Shown: positions 11,901 through 23,351 of the stretch, one piece after another
Layout of the letters: each line of letters starts with the position of its first letter
Numbering within the stretch: position 1 is the stretch's first letter
From: Anthoceros angustus
Lineage: Eukaryota > Plantae > Anthocerotophyta
Direction: 5' to 3'
NCBI GenBank assembly: GCA_010909165.1
Contig: MU008195.1
Location: 310,001-374,000 of the forward strand
DNA length: 64,000 bases
Position numbers and translations under genes: made by a program
The notes under the pieces: model-generated
Database searches by the model: none
Told to the model about the DNA's origin: nothing
The model's input: the letters and a program-made list of their open reading frames with translations, nothing else

Positions 11901-12237
11901 TCTCGTGGGGCAGCAAGCATCAATCCGAACATGCCTTATTCAGACTACTCTGCCACCATTGAGCAGGATCTGAAAACGAGCTGTACCCCCTTAGACCCAG
12001 CTGATTCTTGGGTGTAACTAGCGCCTTGCGATGGTTCACTAGAAGCCCCCTGGAAGCCGGAGGTGCCATGTCCAGCCCTCCTGCTTTTAGCTTCCCTGGA
12101 GGCCAACTGGAGGATGCAAATCGGTCCAGAGCCCAGAACAGTTCCGTTGACACCATGCTGTTGCTGTTCTGCAAGAGCAGAGAATTCGAGAGCATGCTGC
12201 TGAAACCCATGGACGCGGCAGCGTGAGAATGGAACAT
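8933..12237 (-). CDS. PLS-class PPR protein (PPR-1), E/E+ end with PG box and no DYW deaminase; complement(join(8933..11564,11671..11822,11935..12237))
   Basis: ORF 8933..11650 has repeated P-L-S triplets (LVSMYAKCGS...VVSWNAMIAAY), E motifs and KKPGQSWIE, then stops with no HxE/CxxC. Upstream exons were inferred from splice sites that keep frame (phase-2 GT-AG at 11565..11670; phase-0 GC-AG at 11823..11934). The 5' model is less certain than the body. Confidence 0.88.
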
Positions 12238-12505
12238 ATGTTTGCCCTTCACAGTTGCATCCGATTCCTGCTACCGGCTTGATGGGAGGTCGACACGCAG
12301 AGCACATTACAGTTGGCAGCTTTGCAAATTCGAATCTGTACATCAAAAAGACCACCAAAGCTAAAAGAGCTTCTCTCACCAGCCAGCTCAGAATTGCATA
12401 TCACAATTGCTGAGTTACCAACCGCAGGTGGGGCCATCCACTTTGGAGACTGCTGCTTGCTTCAAAGGCTAGGGAGGCAGAACCAATTTCATCCCTGTGT
12501 CCACG

Positions 12506-15420
12506 ATGGTCGAGGACAGGAGCTCTCGGCAGTTCCGATTCTGCATCGATAGGGGTGGGACGTTTACGGACGTGTTCGCGGAGGTCTGCGCACCCTTTAC
12601 CAGTTTTGTGTCCTTCACATATAACAACTGGACTGAGATGTTGAATGTGATTGCTTTAGTGCTCAATTTTGGGGATTTCGTGGCAGGTGCCTGGAGAACC
12701 AGGCTGGCGATTGGTGAAACTACTGTCCGTGGACCCAGCAAATTATGAAGATGCTCCACGAGAAGGAATCCGACGGATTCTGGAAGAGGTATCCTTGCAT
12801 TGTTTATCTTGTGTGCTCCTAAGATGTGGTGCAGTTGAGGTTCTAAGGTTTGCAAATTGCAGGTCACCGGAGACAAGATCCAGAGGTCAGGGAAGGTTCC
12901 TACTGACAAAATCGATTGGATTCGCATGGGTGAGATGATAACTCTCTTTTGCACCCAACATTTCTGGTAGGTGGCTGGTAAATGTGTCGCTTGTATTCTT
13001 CTGATGGGCTTCTTGCTGTCCCTGAAGGAACAACTGTGGCAACAAATGCCTTGTTGGAGAGGAAGGGTGAGCGTACAGCTCTAATGCAATCACATGAATC
13101 AGATATGAGGAAGTGATTGAAGCGGATGAACGTGTTCAACTAGCATTGGATGGAGTGCAAGTAGAAGGAGTTACTACTTTAAAGGGAGTCTCAGGCGAAT
13201 TGGTGGAGATTGTAAAGCCTCTGGATGAGAAAGCTTTAGAGGCTCAGCTCTGGGTGAGCCAGAAAGTGTCTGGTGTTAACTTCGATTGTGAAGCAGAAAT
13301 TTGAGCTTTTTTTCTTGTTCCCAACATGAGCAGGTTATCTTTGAGCTTTTTTTCTTGTTCCAACATGAGCAGGTTATCTTTCGTCCTTTCCTGATCAAGA
13401 GAAAAGATGTAAGAGGAGGTGGGCATGATGTTGTGTACAGTCCAGGAGGTGGAGAGACTGGCTATGAGTCTGGGCTTTAAGCAAGTGTCGATCTCGTCAG
13501 CTTTGGTTCCTATGATTTGAGCTGTTCCAAGGGGTCTCACAGCAACCGTGGATGCTTATCTTACCCCGGTCATCAAGGAGTATCTATCTGGCTTCCTCTC
13601 AGGTTCTTGACATGTTATGCCTGCGACTATTGGCTTCTTGAAAGAACAGAAATAAACTGTCGATCAGTCGCGTGACCAACATCTTATGTCTTTGCTTATG
13701 ATGTCAGGTTTTGATGAGGGACTTAGCAAGGTGGCCATCTCATTTATGCTGTCTGATGGAGGTCTTACCCCTGAACACAGATTTTCCAGTCATAATGTTG
13801 TGAGATATAAAGCTTGAGTTCCTTGACTTTATCCAACTTTTCTAGTTAAGGCTTGTATGGATTGATCGACACCTTTTTTGCAGGCTATTCTTTCAGGTCC
13901 TGCAGGAGGCGCAGTTGGCTACGCACAGACGACTTATTCCATCGAAACCGACCAGCCTGTACGTCTTACTTCTCAGCAATAGTCTATCTCCCTGTCTCAA
14001 GAATATCCTCATATACATGGTACTCTTCAGCTGATTGGCTTTGACATGGGAGGAACATCCATGGATGTGAGTCGGTATGCGGGGAGCTACAAGTAAGATT
14101 CATATTACTCATTTGCAGAAAATTGTTGTGGCCATCCAATTTCTTGCACAAGTCACAAACTATGTTCTTTGAATTGGAAATCACATGCAGGCTCCACAAC
14201 TTGATATCAACACAACTTGTTTAGTCCTGATGGAGGACTGGTGGCAAATGCGCCTCATGTACCAGTCCACTAGGAGCGATGTCAAGCACTGTCCGTTGGC
14301 AAATAAATTACTGGCAAGTTGTTTCTATACTACGATCCCCATCAGCTAAAATGTATAACTATGTTGTCACAGAACACAAGTCACAAGGAGGATGACTAAG
14401 TTGTAGATCTTCTTTTGCATGTTTCAGGGGTGATGATCTGAAAGAAGAAGACGTGCTTGTCACCAATCATCCCGCGTGTGGAGGGAGCCACCTTCCAGAT
14501 ATAACCGTCATCACTCCAGTATGTGACATTGCAGATCTCATCTCCAAGTGAACTTTGTTAGAATTATTTCATACTGTTTGTTGTGTAGGTGTTTGACAGA
14601 GGACAACTGATTTTTTTTGTGGCAAGTGGAGGACATCATGCAGAAATTGGGGGAATAACTCCTGGCAAGTGAGATGCAAAGTGTGTATGGGTAGATATCA
14701 CCGAAGTCCGCTATATCGGTACCGATCGTCTGAATGATACTAGATCCAGCATGCCCCCATTTTCGAAAGCAATTTGGGAGGGAGGAGCAGCCATTAAAAC
14801 GTTTAAGCTTGTTGAGGGTGGTGTCTTTCAGGTACGTGTGTGTGAATGCATTGCGTAGTGACCACTGCATATTCGAGATTAAGACATAATTCGACCACTA
14901 ACAACAGCGATGTTGGCTTGTTGTGATATTTTCAGGAGGAGAGGATTGTCCAGATCCTCCGAAAAGAGACCTATGATGACGAACAGGACGATGAGAACAG
15001 TGCCACGATACCAGGAACAAGGCGGGTAGATAACTTATCAGACCTAAGAGCTCAGGTTTGTCCCTTGGGTTTGGTTGGAGCTTCAATGAGGACGGCGGCC
15101 GGGCTGCCAGGAATAGGTTTGAGTGGATGAGGTAAACAAACGTGTTCTGCCTGCTTCATTGTGTCAGATAGTAGCCAACCAGTGGGGCAGTGTGCTTATT
15201 GGAGAACTCATTCAGACATATGGACAAGAGGTGGTGCAAGCATGCATGCATCCTGTGCAGGTGCTGTACGCGAAATGCTGAAATCCATGGCACACCATGC
15301 TACCAAGCAACACGGTATCTCTCAACAGGATGATCATGTGACGGTTCTGGAGGCTGAAGACTACATGGATGACGGCTCCACTATTCATCTTAAGCTTACC
15401 ATTGATGCTGAGAGGGGTGA
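12506..15420 (+). pseudogene. OXP1: Inverted, deleted pseudogene copy of 5-oxoprolinase
   Basis: Same 5' exons ([23 protein letters not shown]). It has a nonsense change CGA>TGA at 13518-13520 and deletions at ~13083, ~13320, ~14090, ~14214 (~2.4 kb), ~15262 and ~15421 (~1.4 kb) relative to the minus-strand copy. Confidence 0.9.
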
Positions 15421-15868
15421 GTCCATGAGAAAAGTATGTAATCAAATGTTAAATTGTATATGTGTGCACTCAATAAGGAAGTATTTTCTATCTACTCTCT
15501 CCTCAAATTGAATGGCCTTTTGCATCCATAGTCATAACGCTTGCTCCTGCCAGCAATGGCGGTCTGGAGCATTGCAAGTCATGCACGCGAAGGGCCAGAG
15601 GACGCGTCGTGGGAACAGTCTTCGTGGACACAACAGAGTGGTAGGTTCACGGGTTGTCAAGGAAGAGTACCAACTCGACTGTCTTCAAAGAAGCAAGCGC
15701 TGGAGCTCGGGAGATTCAATTTCGGGGGGTGCAGCACCTTTACGAGAAAGACATCTCCTACAATTCAACATTTGATTACATACTTTTCACATAGACTCAA
15801 CTCTTCCTGCGCATCTCCACATCGAACGCCGATGTGATGTCACCTGATCTCATAGAGCTGGACAGCGG

Positions 15869-18800
15869 CTAGGCTTGCCCCCAGCCTCCTCCGCCGGGAG
15901 TCAAAATCTGAAGGCGTTCTCCAGCTTTGACGTGCACAGTGTTCTTCCCTGCCAATACCCGCAGTCCAACAATGAGCAGCTACGGAATCCAAGAAATCAG
16001 TCTGGAGGAAAGGTGGCAGACTGGGATACCTCCTAAGTACACATGCCGGCAATCCTGCTTGAAGAGAATGTTTTGGCCCCTGGCCCCATCTTTTCCTCCA
16101 GCCAGCCCTCGGGGTGCATGTACGCGGCGTTCTGAAAGAATGGATACCTGCTCACGGAGGATGCAGCAATCAGTAACGAAAGAGGTGAAGTTTTATAAGG
16201 ATGGAGCGTTAGGAAAAATGCAAACAAGAATGCAGCCATCTGTGACAGACTGGGAAGGGCATAGGAAAGTTACAATGACTGGCTTTCGGAACTCTATCTC
16301 TCGGATGACGCCGTCGCCACCACGGTGTTTGCCTGCACCTCCACTGTCCACTCGCAGTCCAAATTTATGGAGTATAACCTGGGAGGCAGCCACGATCGAT
16401 GCTCGGTTCAGTGTTACCGAAATGCCAGGCGAGCTGAGGAGGAGAGCGAGTCTGAAATAGGATGTGCATGCTCACCGGGTATCGTTGCTCAAAGATCTCG
16501 GGATCCGTTATTCGGGTGTTGGTCATGTGACACTGGACTCCGCTGGTGCCATCCCATGTTGGTCCTGCACCACTGCCGCCAGCAATGGTCTCATAGTAGC
16601 CAAATGTCTTGTCCCCAAAGGTGAGGTTGTTCATGCAACTACATCAACATAGCGCCAGTTAGAAGAAAACGGTTTCTTTCCTGCTGCAAACAAAGAGGTG
16701 GTGGATCGTGTGTGTATACCCTTGAGAGCATGCACAGGCTTGGAAAGCAGTAAGCACGACGTCAGTAACTCTTTGTGATGTCAAAACGTTTCCGCCGACA
16801 ACAGCGGCTTTATCACTTGGGGAGAGCAGGCTGCCTTTTGGGATGTGAATGGAAACGGGAGCCAGGCATCCCTGGTTGAGGGGAATGTCCACATCCACCT
16901 GTTTTCGCCATGCCATGTTATGAACAGAACGAAGCATTCATGAGAAGCCTTAAGCTAGAGATGAAATTTCTGGGCAGTGGTGACTACTGCAGAGCTCACC
17001 AGGCAGCGGAGACAGTAGATGATAGCAGCTGCTGTGACTGCTTCTGGTGCATTCCAGTTGCCGTAAACCTGGACAACTTCATGGTTCAGTTGCCAAGGAC
17101 AGAATATGCAATCACAGAAGTAGCTATCGTGACCCTATTTGCAGAAAAGGATATGCTGTGCCTAATATGGCCATGGCAAGTATTGTACTCACCTCTGGAC
17201 TAGTGCCCTCAAAATCGAAATGCGCCTCACCCCTCTCAGCATCAATGGTAAGCTTAAGATGAATAGTGGAGCCGTCATCCATGTAGTCTTCAGCCTCCAG
17301 AACCGTCACATGATCATCCTGTTGAGAGATACCGTGTTGCTTGGTAGCATGGTGTGCCATGGATTTCAGCATTTCGCGTACAGCGGCTTCAGCATTGGCC
17401 TGCAGCAGGAGGACACTGCATGAGCTTGTATGAGTGTGCAGGTATGGCATCCAGGTTTGTTGATTATACTCACCTGCACATGATGCATGTATGCTTGCAC
17501 CACCTCTAGTCCATATGTCTGAATGAGTTCTCCAATAAGCACAATGCCCCGCTGGTTCGCTGCTACCTGACACAATGAAGCAGGCAGAATTTGGTATCTA
17601 CGTTTGTTTACCTGATCCACACAAACGTATTCCTGGCAGCCCAGCCACCGTACTCATTGAAGCTCCAACCAAACCCAAGGGACAAACCTGAGCTCTTAGG
17701 TCTGATAAGTTATCATCTACCCGCCTTGTTCCGGGTATCGTGGCACTGTTCTCATCGTCCTGTTCGTCATCATAGATCTCTTTTCGGAGGATCTGGACAA
17801 TCCTCTCCTCCTGAAAACATCACACAACAAGCCAACATCGCTGTTGTGAGTGGTCGAGTTATGTCTTCATCTCGAATATGCAGTGGTCACTACGCAATGC
17901 ATTCACACACGCGTACCTGAAAGACACCACCCTCAACAAGCTTAAACGTTTTAATGGCTGCTCCTTCCTCCCAAATTGCTTTCGAAAATGGGGGCATGCT
18001 GGATTTAATATCATTCACACGATCAGTACAGATATAGAGGACTTGGTGATCTCCACCCATACACACGTTGCATCTCACCTGCCAGGAGTTATTCCCCCAA
18101 TTTCTGCATGATGTCCTCTACTTGCCACAAAAAAAATCAGCTGTCCTCTGTCAAACACCTACACAACAAACAGTATGAAATAAGTCTAACAAAGTTCACT
18201 TGGAGATGACATCCATGCAATGGTTACAAACTAGGGAGTATTTCACATACTGGAGTGATGACGGTTATATCTGGAAGGTGGCTCCCTCCACACGCGGGAT
18301 GATTGGTGACAAGCACGTCTCCTTCTTTCAAATCATCACCCCTGAAACATACAAAAGAAGATCTGCAACTTAGTCATCCTCCTTGTCACTTGTGTTCTGT
18401 GACAACATTAGTTATACATTTTAGCTGATGGGGAGCGTAGAATAGAAACAACTTGCCAGTAATTTAGTTGCCAACGGACAGTGCTTGACATCGCTCCTAA
18501 GTGGACTGGTACATGAGGCGCATTTGCCACCAGTCCTCCATCAGGACTGAACAAGGCACAAGAAAAATCAAGGCGTTCCTGTTCCAAGTTCGTGTCAGAA
18601 TACTGGCACTTGAGCTTAAAGGTCACTTAATTCCAAATTCCATGGAGGTCTGACCTTGATGTTGGTGGAGATGGAAGTTCTCTGAAGTGTGCGTCCCATT
18701 TGTTCAGCTATACCCATAAACCGGTTGTTGAATATTGAGAGCTGTATGACATCTGCCTTCAGGTCCAATTTTCCAGACTCGAGGCCAGCAACCTGGGTGC

Positions 18801-21800
18801 CAACTTCTATGCGGATGTTTCCATGCTTGGTGATCACAGCCTTGCAACTTGGTTCCACCACTATCTGTCAGACAAGGAGAGTGCTCAAGCACGAGCACAT
18901 GTCAGCTGGGAATTTGATCGTTTTCTTGACTGAACATTGAGCGCATAAACCAGCAACTCATCACTTGCACTTACCGTGCTGTTTCCATTCATGACAACTG
19001 CTGGGCCACTCAGTTCATGACCATGCCTGAGTTTTTCCAAAATGAACACCTGACAATACGCCACAGCAAAGGTTCAATATAGTGTCCAAATCAAGGGCCG
19101 TTTCCACAACATTTGCACATGGTGTAGAAGACAGGACAGACCGGTGTGTCATGCCACCCAGTTTCAAAAAACAATCGTTGAAGCTTTGGTTCTGCAACTG
19201 GGCTATCCACAGCCTTCTCCAGAACGACTGGCCTGAGAGTATGCTCAGCTTTAGAATCAGAAAAAAAAAAACCTGCCCAGAATGGTGGAACTTGCGCACA
19301 ACTTGTTGAGAGCAGTCTGACATACAACTTGAAAGGTGAGAAAACTTACTTCAAAATGTTGGTAACTCCAACGCCATGGATTCTTACATCACTTATGAGG
19401 ATCTTCCTGTTTTGCAGTTCAAACCCGTACCTAGAAAAAGGATGGCAACGCAAGAAACTCGCTGAGGCTTGGATGACACTCTAGCAACAATAGTGGCGCT
19501 GATGAAAACAAAGAAGTCAGTTTGAGCTGTCCCGAAGATTACTTACTCTCTACGAAACTGCTTGACAAACGCTCCTGCATAATCACCATAAGAGGGAGCA
19601 CCTATCATCATCGCTGTGTCTGTACCCTGGAAGACAGTTATTCACAGAAGAAATATCATCATGGAGGGCACTTTAGGCAGTTCTACAACCACCTGCCATG
19701 GGGGATTAAGCCCAGGAGTAGAATACTACCCACCTCGTAGCGGAGATTGAGTAAGACCTCTGTGGTGATGTCCTGCTCTCTAAAGCCCTGTATCAATTGG
19801 CAAGAACCAATGGCATGCCAGTCAGTTCAGGAACCATGTGAAGCTTGCACAAAAGCAGTTCTATCCTAGTTCAACAGACCTGCAGCTGAAGCTGCTCTTT
19901 GACCCGCTTGGTTAGGCCAGCTGCACGTATTGAGACTTCAGCCAAGGCATCTTCACCATACACAGCAGCATAGGGCTCTTGAGCCTCCTCAACAACATCA
20001 GCTAGTCCCATCCCATAAGCACTTAGAACTCCACAGTATCTATGAATGACAACCTCCCCTGTGAGCAAAATGATTTCTCTTAGAAGACTTGGTGGACGTA
20101 GAGGCATTCAAATAAAAGCTGGGAGAAGAGCATACTCATGCCCAGGGCTCGGGCAATTGCACAAGCATGCTGTGGGCCTGCTCCACCAAAACATGCTAGG
20201 GTATGTTTACTGGTCTCATAACCTTTCATTTCTGTAAGCTGCAAACATGGAATGTAGCCATTATGATGCAATGCTTAAACACAAGATCACCCCATCGATA
20301 ATAAAAAGTTCGCCGAGAAGCGTGTATACCTGGCGAATGGGTCGACACATGGCCTCATTAGCTACATTCAGAAAACCAAGGGCTATCTCCTCCACAGACA
20401 TTTCCTTCACTGACCCATGAAGCGGGTTACCACCCAGGAAGAGCACCACAAACAAACGGTAAAGCTGTAGCGACTATCCTACAACTGAGTACCATGTGCA
20501 TCCTGCTCAAGGCGATATTTGTTGATCACGGCAGCTAGAGATTTGAATGCTATGCGGGTTGCTGTCACATCCAAAGGTTCGTTTTCCTGCATTGACAGGT
20601 ACTCCAAAAGTCATCCATATCACTCCAAGGATGAATATTATTTTCTATAGCAGTGACGACTTACGTGAGGACCGAAGATAGATGGAAAATATTCGGGAAT
20701 GACACGCCCAAGAACCAGATTAGCATCAGTGACAGCCAGCTCCCCTCCCTTGCGATAGCACACTGGTCCCGGATGAGCACTGACGGATTCTGGTCCCACC
20801 TGTACCGACCTCTTATCAACTTCAGGACCTCAGCCCTGCATCACATGTCCTATCACTTGCTTCCTAACACCTAGCATCGTAATACCAAAGATTTGATTAG
20901 CTGCAGGTACCCTCAGTGCTGGGCACCAAGGACCCAGTACCTTGAAGACTCCTGCCTGAAACTTCAATTTTGAGCCCCCACCCGCTGCAACTGTGTTGAT
21001 ATCAAGTTGTGGAGCCTGCATGTGATTTCCAATTCAAAGAACATAGTTTGTGACTTGTGCAAGAAATTGGATGGCCACAACAATTTTCTGAAAATGAGTA
21101 ATATGCATCTTACTTGAATGATAACACCTGCAGTTTGAGTTTCAAAGACTTGCTCGTAGCTCCCCGCATACCGACTCACATCCGTCGATGTTCCTCCCAT
21201 GTCAAAGCCAATTAGCTGAAGAGTACCATGTATGTGAGGATATTCTTGAGACAGGGAGATAGACTATTGCTGAGAAGTAAGACGTACAGGCTGGTCGGTT
21301 TCGATGGAATAAGTCGTCTGTGCGTAGCCAACTACGCCTCCTGCAGGACCTGAAAGAATAGCCTGCAAAAAAGGTGTCGATCAATCCATACAAGCCTTAA
21401 CAAGAAAAGTTGGATAAAGTCGAGGAACTCAAGCTTTATATCTCACAACCTTATGACCGGAAAATCGGTGTTCAGGAGTAAGACCTCCATCAGACTGCAT
21501 AAATGAGATGGCCACCTTGCTAAGTCCCTCGTCAAAACCTAACATCATAAGCAAAGACATAAGATGTTGGTCACGCGACATAGGATGTTGGTCACGCGAC
21601 AGTTTATTTCTGTTCTTTGAAGAAGCCAATAGTCGCAGGCATAACATGTCAAGAACCTGAGAGGAAGCCAGATAGATACTCCTTGATGACCGGGGTAAGA
21701 TAAGCATCCACGGTTGCTGTGAGACCCTTGGAACAGCTCGAATCATAGGAACCAAAGCTGATGAGATCGACACTTGCTTAAAGCCCAGACTCATAGCCAG

Positions 21801-23083
21801 TCTCTCCACCTCCTGCACTGTACACAACATCATGCCCACCTCCTCTTACATCTTTTCCCTTGATCAATTAAGGACCAAAGATAACCTGCTCATGTTGCGG
21901 ATAGATATGTGAATGCAAGAACACAACCGCAAGGCTCCGTATCCCTTTTGCCAGCAGCTCCTGTTTGGGAAAACTGTTCAGAGACAAGCTATCTGGAACA
22001 AGAAAAAAAGCTCAAATTTCAGCTTCACAATCGAAGTTAACACCAGACACGTTCTGGCTCACCCAGAGCTGAGGCTCTAAAGCTTTCTCATCCAGAGGCT
22101 TTACAATCTCCACCAATTCGCCTGAGACTCCCTTTAAAGTAGCAACTCCTTCTACCTGCACTCCATCCAATGCTAGTTGAACACGTTCATCCGCTTCAAT
22201 CACTTCCTCATATCTGATTCATGTGATTGCATTAGCACCAAAGAAGTGATTTCAGCTATCAATTTTTTTCCAATTTCTCAAATTCATTCAAGAGTGAGTT
22301 TCTGACATACAATGCTGAAGGTTTTGCGACAGTAAGATCAAAAATCTTTGGACGAGCCTGATTTCCAATGAGAAGAAGGTCTTTGAATCCCTGCCACGCG
22401 TTCCAATGAGCAGAAACAAATCAATTCAACTCACAATCTCCACCGTGAATACACCAAGGTATGAGAGGAAGAAAACTCACTTTGGTGACGCAAAGAGCTG
22501 TACGCTCACCCTTCCTCTCCAACAAGGCATTTGTGGCCACAGTCGTTCCTTCAGAGACAGCAAGATGCCCATAAAAAATACAAGCGACACATTCACCAGC
22601 CACCTACCAGACGTATTCAGACCAGAAGTGTTGGGTGCAAAAGAGAGTTATCATCTCACCCATGCGAATCCAATCGATTTTGTCAGTAGGAACCTTCCCT
22701 GACCTCGGGATCTTGTCTCCGGTGACCTGCAATTTGCAAATCTTAGAACCTCAACTGCACCACATCTTAGGAGCACACAAGATAAACAATGCAAGGATAC
22801 CTCTTCCAGAATCCGTCGGATTCCTTCTCGTGGAGCATCTTCATAATTTGCTGGGTCCACGGACAGTAGTTTCACCAATCGCCAGCCTGGTTCTCCAGGC
22901 ACCTGCAACGAAATCCCCAAAATTGAGCACTAAAGCAATCACATTCAACATCTCAGTCCAGTTGTTACATGTGAAGGACACAACACTGGTAAAGGGTGCG
23001 CAGACCTCCGCGTACACGTCCGTAAACGTCCCACCCCTATCGATGCAGAATCGGAACTGCCGAGAGCTCCTGTCCTCGACCAT
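15869..23083 (-). CDS. OXP1: 5-oxoprolinase (ATP-hydrolysing), multi-exon
   Basis: Exons encode [75 protein letters not shown]...[21 protein letters not shown]...[12 protein letters not shown] and the C-terminus [26 protein letters not shown] (TAG 15869-15871). One apparent -1 frameshift at ~21726 (ccc vs cccc in the other arm) is a likely homopolymer error. Confidence 0.95.
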
Positions 23084-23351
23084 CGTGGACACAGGGATGA
23101 AATGGGTTCTGCCTCCCTAGCCTTTGAAGCAAGCAGCAGTCTCCAAAGTGGATGGCCCCACCTGCGGTTGGTAACTCAGCAATTGTGATATGCAATTCTG
23201 AGCTAGCTGGTGAGAGAAGCTCTTTTAGCTTTGGTGGTCTTTTTGATGTACATACTCGAATTTGCAAAGCTGCCAACTGTAATGTGCTCTGCGTGTCTAC
23301 CTCCCATCAAGCCGGTAGCAGGAATCGGATGCAACTGTGAAGGGCAAACAT
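23084..23351. promoter_or_regulatory. Compact bidirectional promoter between OXP1 (-) and PPR-2 (+); duplicated at ~12238-12505
   Basis: Head-to-head ATGs only ~270 bp apart. The PPR start (23352, alternatively 23379) is inferred. Confidence 0.55.

Noticed and set aside
15418-15799. MITE with ~41-bp TIRs
   Set aside because: No TSD. The left copy joins OXP1 pseudogene sequence through TGAG microhomology, so it is better explained as the innermost part of the inverted duplication.
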